Shown here piece by piece: positions 22,515 through 34,528 of a DNA stretch of 64,000 nt. This DNA is from Amoebophrya sp. A120. Its lineage: Eukaryota; Protista; Dinoflagellata. The notes beneath the pieces were generated by a model. The model ran no database searches and was not told where the DNA came from. It saw nothing but the letters and a program-made list of their open reading frames with translations. How positions within the stretch are numbered: position 1 is the stretch's first letter; each line of letters starts with the position of its first letter. Both the position numbers and the translations under genes were made by a program. The DNA lies in the NCBI GenBank assembly GCA_905178155.1, contig CAJINV010000006.1:852872-916871 (forward strand), in the 5' to 3' direction.

Positions 22515-23729
22515 CTGCTCACTGGGCTACTAGCGGGAAAAAAAGCGTTTGTATTTCTTGTCGGAAGACTTTTCAGCGCAGTCTATCTGCTCAGCACTGG
22601 AGTCCTAGGTTCATACACCTGGCGGGACTATTTGTCGCGCGGTGGGCTGTAGCTACTTGCATCGCGACCAATATCCAAGCTTGGGTTCCGGGGGGAAGAT
22701 GGTCTTAGTGTAGCTCTCACGTTCATGTTGATTTGTCACCCTGCCATGCGATACCTCATCTAAAAATCAAAATAATAACAGGTTGAGGAAGGGTGGCGCG
22801 AGGCGTTTGCCACGTGCTGCCCTTCCTCACGCCAAGTCGGGAAGAGGACACTCGCAGGGGCTGCTGATGTTCAGCCATGAAAACCTGCACTGGTCGAAGT
22901 TGCGCCTGCTGCCACCGCAGCAGGCAGGAAGTACGTAGATACGCGCCTCAGCACGTCTGAACCGCCTAGAAAATATAGTATATCGCCTGTTCACAGGCAA
23001 CCTCGATCGCACTAATTAACACGTACTGAGGCTAGGCTCAATCGGGTGAGTAGGTATGCCTTAGCAGGCTTAGACACCGCCCCAGATCTCCCATAGCGCC
23101 CCCTGTAGATAAAAAGTGTTTGTATGCAACAAGAAAAAAGACCATGGATTATGGTGGAGACCCATGGCACTAGAATAGCTATGTATGACCCGACGTATGC
23201 AGCAGTTGAACAAGTGCAGGGGTATTGGCGTAGGTTTTGTTGTTGTTCAGTACTACAAGAACCACTGACGCCGTGGTGCGAAAACAAAGAAAGAAATCGG
23301 TCCTGTAGATCCAAAAAAAAGTCTTTCCACATGCTCCAACTCTGCAGCGCGGGAATCAGGCATGACCTACGACTAACAATTGTATTTAATACGGGTTTAG
23401 GGCTTTACTTACATAGTGGCGTCGGTAGAAACAAATTCATAGATCATGACCTTGTAGAAACTTCTAAATAGATCAGGGTTTAGGGCAAAGGCGTGTTTCC
23501 ACGTCAGAGAGGCGTCCACACTGCTCTATCCTAGTCGTGTGCCAGGCTGCGAACAGATGTAAGCCCGCTCCTGTCTATCGAGGGTTAGAGTAAGAGGCTC
23601 CGCCAATCACCACGGTAGAAAGGAAAGGAAAGGTAAAATCTGAAACGGATGAATCTGTAATGCAAAGGAAACGGATGAATCTGTAATGCAAATCTGATGA
23701 AGTGTAGTGAATCTGTAATGTAAATCTCA
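22515..23729. repeat. ~1.2-kb interspersed repeat, copy 1, flanked by a ~67-70 bp direct duplication
   Basis: Near-identical to 28284-29498; flanks 22445-22514 and 23730-23796 are almost identical. Confidence 0.9.
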
Positions 23730-25502
23730 TAGCTTCCTCTCGTCTTCGTCCAGCTCCAGTGCCAGGTCACGAAATGTCGTGATTTTCAAACACGTAAACC
23801 CAAAGCCAAGAAAATTCGCGCACTTTCCTGGGCTCCGGTGCAGTTGGTGTGGTGAATCAAGAGGATTTTTCGCATTTGCTTCGGTTTTTGGCGCAATTTT
23901 TCAAACACCCAAACCCTAAATCAAAAAAACTCGCGCGTGTTCTGGGGTTTAGCGGCAATTTTGTACACATCCAAGCCCCAAGCCAAGGAGGCACGCGCAC
24001 TTCCGTGAGCTTATTTGTTGCGTTTGCATTTTTTAGCGCCCCCGCCCGAAGACAGGGCAGCTGTCGCTATTTTTTGGGGTTTCGACGCATTCTCCCAAGC
24101 TCCTGAACCCGAAGCCAGCGGGCTTCGCGCATTTTCTTGAATTTTGCCGCAACCTTTGAAGAACGCCGAAGCCACAACCCAAGAAAGGACGAAGCTGAAG
24201 CCCCCCAAGCCAGCACGTTCTCCATTTTTGTGGGCTCCAGCCCGCGCGTGAGCTCCTTTGTGCGCACAGTAGACAGATAGATAGGGCTCGAAATCTTGGG
24301 CCCGCAACCCCCCCGCGCTCCCTTTTTTGGGTTTGCGCTGAATGGAAAACCGGCGCGGCCCGATTTTGCCGGGCCCACTTGGAGGCGCGGCAGGTCTCGC
24401 GGCGCTATCCTCCCGGAGCGCCACCTACCGTGGCGCCCTCCAGGCGCGCGGCGAAGTTGAGGGCCTGGGAACTGGGGGCGCCGCTCTTTTTGATGGCCCG
24501 GCCGCCTGCCGGCCCCGCTTGCGAAGCGAACCGCCTGCGCATTGCAGCAAGTGGCGCAGCGCGCCCGCGCAGCCGCCCAGGAGATCCAGACAGCGCAGCC
24601 CAAGGCCGCGCGGGGCGCTCGCGCTCGCTCTATCTGCTTGCATTTAAGTAATTGCTCGCGCCTGCCGTGAGTCGGTTGCTCAAGCGGATGACTTTTGAAC
24701 ATTCTTTCCCCCAAGAATTTAGTATTACCAGCAACAGCGCAAAACCAAAACTGCAACTGCAACAAGAAAAAGTAAAAACGGTAAGTAGCGTCGAGTACGT
24801 GTACGAGTAACATCATCGGTTGAGGACTCTACTACATTTACATTCGTTGGTTCTGTTTGAATTGAAACGTAGAATGTTGCCCTAGCACCGTCGTAGAAAT
24901 AACAGTGTTTCATCATCGGTAGAAGTTGTTCTATAGGAAGAACATGTATTTCGGTTTTCGTGGAAGAAATTTTATTGTAGCTTCCTTTCCTCGTCTTCGT
25001 CCAGCTCCAGTGCCAGGTGACGAAATGTCGGCCTTGCGTACTGTCGTCCAGTAGAAAACTACGAAATGTCGTCCTTGCATGATAGATCAAGTCACTCCAT
25101 TTTTCGTCCAACACATTTTTGTACACAAACCAGAGGCAAGAACATTCTCCGTCTCACAAAGAGATCGGTGGAAGTGCTGATTGGTTTTGCTCCTTGACAT
25201 TTTGATTTTTGCTGAAGATCTTCACACCAAATCTCTTCTCTTAAATACCATCGAACAGGACGAATGTTAGCCCCAAAACGCAGGTACAACTCCCCCCATT
25301 TTTGACAGTATCTGAAAAATCTTAGTTTTTCGTCCTCTTCTCTCCTTTGGTTTTCTCTGTAGTTCTCGACGCGAAGCTTCGCCTTTTTCTTCTTGTTTAG
25401 TTGCCTTCTCATGTAAAACCTAGTGTCATCTATTACACCCCGATCCTGAAGAGCTCCAGCAACAGTTGCCAATTTTTCCAGCTGGAGCGGGAAGCCGGCA
25501 GT

Positions 25503-26279
25503 ATGAACTTCAGAACCAGCATGGGAGGACCATGTCGACCCTCGGCGCGGCAACTCCTTGCCCTATCCATCCCGCTATTTTCCATGACAAAGACCGGGGT
25601 TCTTGTATTCGCGCAAAAATCTTCTGTCCCCAACACGCCACACCGTGTCGCAGACCCGGCGAGGTCTTCTACTGTTGCAAGAACCCGCGGCGGAAGTTCT
25701 AAGGCGCAGAAACAACATGGTGGGAAGATGAAAAACCAAAACGGGATGAACAACAAAAAACAAGACTTCGCCACGCCGTTTCTGAAGAAGATTTTGGTGC
25801 AAGGGGCCGAGGGGTTTGGGAACCACCCGCAGGACTTTGTTATCGACCAACTCGACGGGGCGGTGACCACGGAGGAATCATCTGCGGAGGTGCAAAGCAC
25901 GGCCACCTCTACCTCTTCCGAGGACGGAAATCAAGCTCCTGAGCAAGCAGGGGCTTGGAGCAAGCTCATGCAGGAGGGCAGTTCGTCGGATTCCGCTGCA
26001 GCTCTTGAGCAGAAGCAGGGTGAGGCGAGCAAAGCCGACGCAGCAGCCTCGATGAAGATGGGACCGGAACAGCAAGCAGCTGGAGCTGCTCCTGCAGCCG
26101 GTGACAAGTTGCAGTTGGAAGGCGCCGCGGGGGAACAAAAGGACGCGAGTGCGGAGGATGAAGACTCGGAGAGCGAGGACGAAGAGCAGCCGGAGCAGCA
26201 GGACCCCGGAACGCGGCCGCCGGAGATGCACAGCATGTACTCCCCCGGCCTGATGATGCGCCTGGAGTTTTGGGTGTGA
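25503..26279 (+). CDS. Hypothetical protein, hydrophobic N-terminal segment and acidic Ala/Gln/Glu-rich C-terminus
   Basis: Intronless ORF with coding-like GC-ending codons (QLLALSIPLFSMTKTGVLVFA..EDEDSESEDEEQ). Confidence 0.6.
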   Translation: MNFRTSMGGPCRPSARQLLALSIPLFSMTKTGVLVFAQKSSVPNTPHRVADPARSSTVARTRGGSSKAQKQHGGKMKNQNGMNNKKQDFATPFLKKILVQGAEGFGNHPQDFVIDQLDGAVTTEESSAEVQSTATSTSSEDGNQAPEQAGAWSKLMQEGSSSDSAAALEQKQGEASKADAAASMKMGPEQQAAGAAPAAGDKLQLEGAAGEQKDASAEDEDSESEDEEQPEQQDPGTRPPEMHSMYSPGLMMRLEFWV

Positions 26280-26856
26280 GAAAGACTAAGTGCATAAGAT
26301 GCGATTTCTTTTTTCAAACTTGTACATTAGAAAAGTATATCAAAAACACGACGACTTGATTCAACTTTTTTACCGTTAGGCTCTGTCAGACGACCACCCC
26401 GATCATCTTCCCGTTTATGATTTTATTCAGTTTCACAAACAACCCTACTTTGATTTTTTGGTTTTTGAAAAGTTAGAAAGACGTACTAGGAAAAAGAATG
26501 GACCTGTCTAGGCTAGACGTTCGTTCCAGATATGCGTCACAATGGAATGAGTAGATGAACCCCCGATCCCGAAGACAAACTCTAAGTCAACAGTTTACTC
26601 CCCGTGCTATTTATTCGTTTTCACTGGGCCCACTGATTTTCCGTGAAGGTGACGGCAGGACCTGCCGCCGGTGCTTGCGGTTATCGTCTCGCATCATTCC
26701 TGAGAAAGTAAAAATGTTGTTCAAAACAAAAATGGAATCGTCAATCACTACAAAAAATAACCTCGTTCGCGACGTCCATGGTCTTGTCATTGTCGTGTTT
26801 TGGTGGTAAGTAAACTTTCTTTCGTTATGCAAATCGTCTTCGCTCTGAAACCACAG

Positions 26857-27141
26857 CACCTCGTACGAACGTGGAATACGAAGATACCTGGAGCCGCCGA
26901 TCGACGACGGGGGGGAGTGCTACAAGTCAAGGTGACGAATGCGAGATTGCCAGACGGCTCGAAGCACACCGTGTCGCGTACCATCGACCCTGCCGCCTAT
27001 GGCAATAGCGCTACGCTTGCCCTCGAAGCAGCGATAGCCCTCAAGACGCAGATCCTAGTTGACCCGGCCCCGTTTATCGCAGATACGAAATCACGACGGA
27101 AACCGAGAAAGAAGAAAGGCGTAGTGGACGATGTGGTCTGA
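26857..27141 (+). CDS. AP2-like DNA-binding domain exon or remnant
   Basis: GVLQVKV..DGSKHTVSRTIDPAAYGNSATLALEAAIALK resembles the AP2 three-strand + helix pattern, followed by basic KSRRKPRKKK; preceded by a possible GTAAGT..ACAG intron (26806-26856). Confidence 0.45.
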   Translation, partial: HLVRTWNTKIPGAADRRRGGVLQVKVTNARLPDGSKHTVSRTIDPAAYGNSATLALEAAIALKTQILVDPAPFIADTKSRRKPRKKKGVVDDVV

Positions 27142-28283
27142 GTGCAAGTTAGTCTAGAAAAGCATACTGTATACAAAAAACACAAAAAAAAAAGAACGCT
27201 GTCTATATAAAAGCCAAGCGTGTTGCAGCTTGTCTTTTCCCCTTTTTTTTACTTTTTCCTTTTCTCTTTCGACCGAAATATTATAGCATCGGTCTCGAAG
27301 GACGGTGCTGCGAAGTGAGCCAGTTCGAGCGACCACACATGCTCTCTTTGCACTATAGCCGTGAGGCCCGACGTTTTTCATGTTATTTCTATTTGTTTAG
27401 ACCTGTGTATCGATTCCGTTTTAGTAGCGTATCTTGATCATCTTGCTCTAGCCTCCAAAGCAGGAAGCAATGCACCAAACGCCGGCGCTATGGTTCATTT
27501 TTCTGGTACTTTGTAAGTCCAAACAGCGCGCCTTGTCCCCATGGTATGGTGGACAATCCGCGCTATCTAAGGCGAGGACTTCAAGGAATTTGTCTGCAAA
27601 AATCTGGAACTTTACTATACCATGCTCCAAGTTTTAAACTAATACAGCGACTCCCAAGGTTTAAAGTAAGTGAGTTTTATAGTTTCTCGCATTTCACAAC
27701 GATCTCCAATTTTCTTTAGTTTAACCAATGGTCCCCAAGTCTCCTAGTTCTGTTGTCTGCTTAAAAATGTTTCCAACAGACGCTAAACGCAAACACACTA
27801 ATATTTTACGACCGAAGTTGGAGTTGCGAGTGCGTGGCTTCAGTTTCGAGTCTACCTATCTGGGCAGATAGACGCTCAGAAGGTTTTTACTTACACAGAG
27901 ACGCAGTAGTGGAAATAGTTTACAGATCATTTTTGTAAGAATGCTGATACATAATTGGTTTAGGGTTCCGGCTTGTGTTCAGGCCTGAGAGGCGACCACA
28001 CTGCTCCTTCCTAGTCGTGTGCCAGCTCGCGAAAAGATGTAAACCCGCGTCTGTCTATCGAGGGATTGAGTAAGAGGCAACGCCAATCACCACCTAATTC
28101 CCGTCCACCTAATTCCCGTCCTAGTGCGGCGAGGGGCGGCAACGGCCGGCTGAGCTGAACAAGCGTGCGGAGACTGCGGCGGGGGATGGATGATCAGGGA
28201 CTGACTTTTCTAGATGTTTGTGATATTCTTTTGAGGCAGCGATCAAAGTCACTTATTGTGGGTTCCGGTGAGAGTATGATCGC

Positions 28284-29498
28284 CTGCCACTGGGCTACTG
28301 GCGGGAAAAAAAGCGTTTGTATTTCTTGTCGGAAGACTTTTCAGCGCAGTCTATCTGCTCAGCACTGGAGTCCTAGGTTCATACACCTGGCGGGACTATT
28401 TGTCGCGCGGTGGGCTGTAGCTACTTGCATCGCGACCAATATCCAAGCTTGGGTTCCGGGGGGAAGATGGTCTTAGTGTAGCTCTCACGTTCATGTTGAT
28501 TTGTCACCCTGCCATGCGATACCTCATCTAAAAATCAAAATAATAACAGGTTGAGGAAGGGTGGCGCGAGGCGTTTGCCACGTGCTGCCCTTCCTCACGC
28601 CAAGTCGGGAAGAGGACACTCGCAGGGGCTGCTGATGTTCAGCCATGAAAACCTGCACTGGTCGAAGTTGCGCCTGCTGCCACCGCAGCAGGCAGGAAGT
28701 ACGTAGATACGCTCCTCAGCACGTCTGAACCACCTAGAAAAAATAGTATATCGCCTGTTCACAGGCAACCTCGATCGCACTAATTAACACGTACTGAGGC
28801 TAGGCTCAACCGGGTGAGTAGGTATGCCTTAGCAGGCTTATACACCGCCCCAGATCTCCCATAGCGCCCCCTGTAGATAAAAAGTGTTTGTATGCAACAA
28901 GAAAAAAGACCATGGATTATGGTGGAGACCCATGGCACTAGAATAGCTATGTATGACCCGACGTATGCAGCAGTTGAACAAGTGCAGGGGTATTGGCGTA
29001 GGTTTTGTTGTTGTTCAGTACTACAAGAACCACTGACGCCGTGGTGCGAAAACAAAGAAAGAAATCGGTCCTGTAGATCCAAAAAAAAGTCTTTCCACAT
29101 GCTCCAACTCTGCAGCGCGGGAATCAGGCATGACCTACGACTAACAATTGTATTTAATACGGGTTTAGGGCTTTACTTACATAGTGGCGTCGGTAGAAAC
29201 AAATTCATAGATCATGACCTTGTAGAAACTTCTAAATAGATCAGGGTTTAGGGCAAAGGCGTGTTTCCACGTCAGAGAGGCGTCCACACTGCTCTATCCT
29301 AGTCGTGTGCCAGGCTGCGAACAGATGTAAGCCCGCTCCTGTCTATCGAGGGTTAGAGTAAGAGGCTCCGCCAATCACCACGGTAGAAAGGAAAGGAAAG
29401 GTAAAATCTGAAACGGATGAATCTGTAATGCAAAGGAAACGGATGAATCTGTAATGCAAATCTGATGAAGTGTAGTGAATCTGTAATGTAAATCTCAT
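28284..29498. repeat. ~1.2-kb interspersed repeat, copy 2
   Basis: Near-identical to 22515-23729; diverged partial copies at ~27957-28093 (right part) and ~30018-30287 (left part). Confidence 0.9.
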
Positions 29499-30948
29499 AT
29501 GCACAAACCTGAGAACGCCGGCGCAGCGGACGAGGGAGAAAATGAAATCACTGGCGGAGAATGATGAAGGCGAGCCTGCTGCTGCGCAGCAGCCGACGGC
29601 GACAAGAAGCATCTGCATAAGCCAAAACGTCATCTTCCGAATCGGACATGTCGGCTGCTGCGTTTCAATATAATCGAGACATTGCCTCAACTCCCCGATG
29701 GCGAGAGCATCATCCTTCACATCGGTACTCCACCCGGTACCGGCCTTATGCGATAACGACTGATGATTGCGGCCTACTGACCGCGAAGGACAGCTGCAGT
29801 ACAGAAGGCGCACCCAGCCTGGTTCAAAACTTCAACGATCGCGCAGTGCTTTCTGGCCGCGGCGTGGATATTGCTGAAGAAGCGTGCGGTGGCGGTGTTG
29901 GGTGCGGGAAGATCAGGGATTATATTGTTTTGTTTTTATTCATAGCACATCTGAGGCAGCCTTCAATGTCAAAATTTATATTCGGGTCCTGACGGGAGTA
30001 TGATTGTTTGTCTTCGGGCTGCTAGCGGAAATAAATTGAATTACAGTCCACTCACCTGACACTGGAGTCCTAGGTTTATACACCTTGCAGGACTATTTGT
30101 TGGGCGGGTCTTTGCATCGCGACCAATGTCAGAGCTTGGGTTCCGGGGGGAATATGGTCTTAGAGCAGTCCCGACATTTGTTGCTTTACGACCTTTCGCA
30201 TGCGATGCTTCATCAAACAAATACACTAAAAACAGATGGAGGAAGGGCAGCATGCGGCTTTTGCCGCGCGCTGCCCTTCCTCGCGCCTATCTTCAGAAAG
30301 CGTCCCCAAATCTTGTCATACTTGGCTGCCATTGCAAGCGTTGCAACCATGCGCAATTCAGCATCACAAATTTCCAGACCCAGACATATTTGCAGTGCAT
30401 GGCCATCCACGCTCTACGAATGGATGAGTCACGCGAAAGAGAAGAAGATGAGTACTCGCTTAGTAGGCGTGCGAAAACAATTCGCACGATGTCACGCTCG
30501 CCGCGCGTGAGCCCTCCCGCGGGAGCAGCTCGCGAGTACTAGTCTTTCGTCGCACCGAGACATATGATCTCGGCGTGAAATCTGTCGTGCCTGCTTGTGC
30601 ATCACGAATGCAGGACCCGAGTGCCCGACCTAGCGTATGGTCGGTGTCCACGTGCTTACTGAGTTTAGGCAGCAGCACGAACTGTTATCGATCGATCTTT
30701 AAATTAACGTCGCAGAAGAAGTAGGAGCCACAGCAATCCTTGTTCTATGTCGTTTTTAAGGCTATGTTTTTCTGCATGCCTTTTGTTGTCGAAAGTAATT
30801 TCGAATCAAAAAAAACAGGTACTAAGAAGAACGCGAAGGCCGTTGCAGCCTCAACCCCTCGTCTCGTTAGCGAAGAGGACCACGAAGCAGCAGCAGGAAC
30901 TACACAGCCAGATGAACAAAATGCCGGTGTGCTTGTTCCCTATTCATC

Positions 30949-32094
30949 ATGGGCAAGGGGCGCGGCGGGCAGATGGCGCAACGGTACACGTTCATGAGCA
31001 ACCTGCCGCTCGACCTGTTGCACGACGAATCGCACGACCACGTGAACCGCATCGACGTGCTCTACGGCCAGGGGGGTTCGTTCGGCTATTTGAACCAAGA
31101 GCGGACTACCAAGGATTGGAAGCTGGAGAACTGTCGGGGGCCGAAGCAGCCGGTGGACAACAAGGGACACTGCGAAAAGCCGAAAGACGACCAGTGGACC
31201 ACTGAACTGCGGGAGCAAATGCCATCCACGCTCTACGAATGGATGAGTCACGCGAAAGAGAAGAAGTACGATTTTCCGGACGACATTCTGACCGGGAAGG
31301 AAGAGGATTACAACCTTAATCCTGCTGTTTTGAAAACCGAATACGGTTCCGACGTGCCGAAGTTTCTGCAAAACCACGTTTTTCTATGACAGTGCACAAC
31401 TCCCCCTCGTTCTCATTTCTCATGCAGAATACCAGATCCACGCTTTTTCTCCTGTCACTATTATGCATGACAGATTCCGGAAGCCGAAACAGCACCAGAA
31501 TCGGTCGCGAACTTGTCATGCAAAAGCTGCATTTATGCCAGCCAGGATTTGTGTTGCTGCTCATGCCAACATGCAAATAAGGGGAGGGGGGGTTGTGCAC
31601 TGTCATATTTTCCCCGCTTCAAGATCCACATGACCCTGGACATCGGTGACCGGTGCGCCACGCTCGAAAAGCACCGACGCGTGGAGCAATTTGTGGAAAT
31701 TTACGAAAAATCCAAAGACCTGCGACAATTCCACGACAGTTGGTTTTGGGAAGAGGATTTTTGTGTCACGGGGAAGGAAGAAGGCTTTGTTGCCACGATT
31801 TTTGACATGAGCCGGTTCGCCCTCGCGCAGGGCTTTCACCGGTACCAGCGGGCCAAGGGGTTTCAGTTTTGGCTGCAACACAACATTGAGCAATTCGATC
31901 AACCGCTGTTTGGGGAGCAAGTGTACATCGAGTTCTACGATTGTGACTCGATGCTCAGCAAGAAGGTGAAAAAAGCCCGGTGCCGCCACAACTGGCCCTT
32001 CATGACGCAACTGCTCTCCCCCGCGAAAGCTGGGGGCGGCGGGCTGCTGGGCGGGGAGAAGCTGAAGAAGCTGGAACGTCCTGCGCAGCCGTGA
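30949..32094 (+). CDS. Paralog of the 15831 gene (hydrolase-like C-terminal half), apparently 5'-truncated; one introner 31385-31607
   Basis: Aligns by eye: HVNRIDVLYGQ/HVNRIDILFGQ, DWKLENCRGP/DWKLKNCRGP, HVFPRFKIH/HVFPRFKLH, QGFHRYQRAK/QGLHRFQRAK. Upstream frame does not continue the homology. Confidence 0.7.
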
Positions 32095-32414
32095 GGAAGG
32101 ATTGCATTCTTGATGGTGGGGGCTAGACATAGTTCTGGTCAAATGCAATTTTTTATCAACACTTTTTTTTCAGATCGCAATTAGTACCCAAGCCCCTTCG
32201 GGTGAATTCAAAACTTCATATTGTTTCGCACTAGTAAATCAAGTACGTAAACCATGTTTTTTTTTTAGACAACTAAATTTTTTCTTCGCAAAGCTTTCGA
32301 AATGAACAAGCAGTAACTTTGAAATAGCCTCGTTTTACAGCCAAAAGAACTGCCACAGAAAGCACTTCACTCAGCTGTAACTTGCTAAACCACGTTTTCA
32401 AGTATTCCTACAAG

Positions 32415-33048
32415 CAAGCAAACAAACAAACAAATTTTTTTGCACTCTCATTTCTTCACATTGCACTAGACATAATCTTGTAGACCAGTAGCAGTAATAT
32501 TCTCTTCCTAGTTTCACAAGATAGCGGTCGTCGACTGCGAAGGCATTTTTACTTTTTCATTTTTATTTTACCCGACACTGACCCCTTCGTTCCCCAGCAG
32601 AACGAGCCATCAGCACAAGAAGAAGTAGTTAGTTGCTTCACTGGTATCCCCGAAATACTGGCATCCCCGACTCCTGTTGCGTTTTTCCATTGGAAAACGA
32701 AACAAAATTTTACACAATGATCGTTTCCACTTTAACAACATGTAAATCAGAATCCCCTCCTGAAGAACAAGGCATCAAGCTGAAAGCCCAGCATTCATAA
32801 CACGAAACCCCGAACAAGATTTCCCATCCCGTACACGACTTATTTCCAAAATATTAAAAACCTTAACCTTCTGCGCAATTCAACTAGAGCTACTTGCGCA
32901 CACCCGCATCAACAGAGCGTCGCTTGTGCTGTGACAGTTTCGGCGGATCGCTGGCTACGATGCTGAAATAGAGCGGCTGAGGTGTTCTTCCGTTCTTGCA
33001 AGACAAGGGAGCTTGTTGCTGTTGTTCCGCGTTCAACAGATTTTGTTG
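32415..33048. repeat. ~650-bp diverged non-coding direct repeat, copy 1
   Basis: Colinear with 34529-35213 (shared blocks such as ACATGTAAATCAGAATCCCCTCCTGAAGAACAAGGCATCAAGCTGAAAGCCCAGCAT). Confidence 0.85.
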
Positions 33049-33890
33049 TAACCGACGGTGGGTCATTCGCGCTGTAACAGTAGCCATTTTGGCTCAAGCC
33101 AGATGAACATAGGTAGGACATAGAGGTGAGCTCTTTGCAGTACTTTGTAATATGACATAAAGGATAGACCTAGAAGACGTGCGTGGAGATGCTTTGTTCA
33201 TTCACGCCGGCCATTTGCTTGGAACCTATTTCGAGCAAAAAAAGATCTCATCAGATTTTTCCACCGATCAGACGCGAGCGGGATGCTTTGCAGGAGGAGG
33301 ACACAAGTGCTCCATTTCCACTCATTCCCCTCAGGGATAATTCTACGAAGGAATATGACGTATTTTCAAAAACAAATAGAAAAGTGTGCGTCTACGTTCA
33401 CTGCAACGTACGCTCTAAGCTTCGTGCGAAAAGAACTCGTCCGGGAAAACAAGCACACCAGGGCAGCACACGTAAAGTCGTTTTCTTCTCGTGCAAAAAA
33501 CTCTATCCCGATAAATCATGGATTCACGGTGGCGATATTCGTACAAGAAGACTTCCTCGAAAAATAGGATTGGAAGCGCAACTCGTGATCGTCAAGCTCT
33601 ATTTCCATGTTGTCATAGGATTTGATCATGGCTTGGTCTTTCTACTTCACGCAATAGTTGCAGGACTCGTGAGAAAAATCGAAATAGCAACCAGACACTG
33701 CAGAACGATCGAAGTAGCAGAATTTAAAATTAAACCAGCACACACTTCATAACTTAACCTTCTACGAAACTCAAAGTAGAGCATTGAAGAGCCACTGGCT
33801 TCAACTCTGCATTCGGGGAAAGAAAAATACGTATAAATAAACTAGAAAATATAAATATTTATCATTACCAACTGCCGGAAAAGGTGCAAG

Positions 33891-34289
33891 ATGCTCGTCA
33901 AGAAGGCCTCCATCGTCGTCGTCGCTATTTCTAACCCCTGGGGGTGCGTGTCGGGGTCCAGAATCAAAACGAAGAACAAAGGCCAGACGGCGACGACGCA
34001 TTCTTGGATCGGTCGGGAAACCTCCCCGAGCGGCTTCACGGAGCACGCAACCGTCGTCAAGGTCAAGAACGACCAGTGCCGTGTGAGTTGCGCAAGCGGC
34101 TTCCTGGGGCGTTGCATGGCACAGAAAGGAAACTGCGCGAACCCCTCATGTCAAGATAGCATTGCCATGTGGTGCGACTCGTGTTGCCGGAGGGCCGACG
34201 CCGAAGGTCAGGGAGTCTGCAGTTACGAAAAGTTTCTTGAAAATGCGGGTGCCTCAGCCATTTGTGTTCATGCTCCTGATGGATTCTGA
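33891..34289 (+). CDS. Small Cys-rich, probably secreted protein
   Basis: 132-aa intronless ORF, hydrophobic N-terminus, Cys-rich C-terminal half (CRVSC..C..CANPSC..WCDSCC..C..C). Confidence 0.6.
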   Translation: MLVKKASIVVVAISNPWGCVSGSRIKTKNKGQTATTHSWIGRETSPSGFTEHATVVKVKNDQCRVSCASGFLGRCMAQKGNCANPSCQDSIAMWCDSCCRRADAEGQGVCSYEKFLENAGASAICVHAPDGF

Positions 34290-34528
34290 TTCTCACGACT
34301 CAGCGCAAAATGTGTTCTAAGTCACAGTTGTCAGAGTACCACTTACTCTAAATCAGTCACCATGTTGAGATATTCTGTTCGTATATATTTTTTTTGCTTC
34401 ACCATTTTTTGCCAAGCGAGCTGGACGAAAAAGACATAATAGCATCGAATGCATGCTGCATAAGAGAAAAACTAAAACACAAAAAATTGCTTGCGAAAAA
34501 GATCGAAAAATGCGAATTACAAAGTTTT

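Noticed and set aside
23690-23729. Hammerhead-like CTGATGA..GAA
   Set aside because: GAAT instead of GAAA and no convincing flanking stems.
24725-25553. Minus-strand gene from two overlapping ORFs
   Set aside because: Needs a frameshift and no family recognised; may be a decayed gene but unsupported.
23393-29253. Telomere or chromosome end
   Set aside because: Only isolated 1.5-unit GGGTTTAGGG motifs, no array.
33183-33752. 189-aa ORF (also 50978-51538)
   Set aside because: No motifs, no introners, non-coding-like composition.
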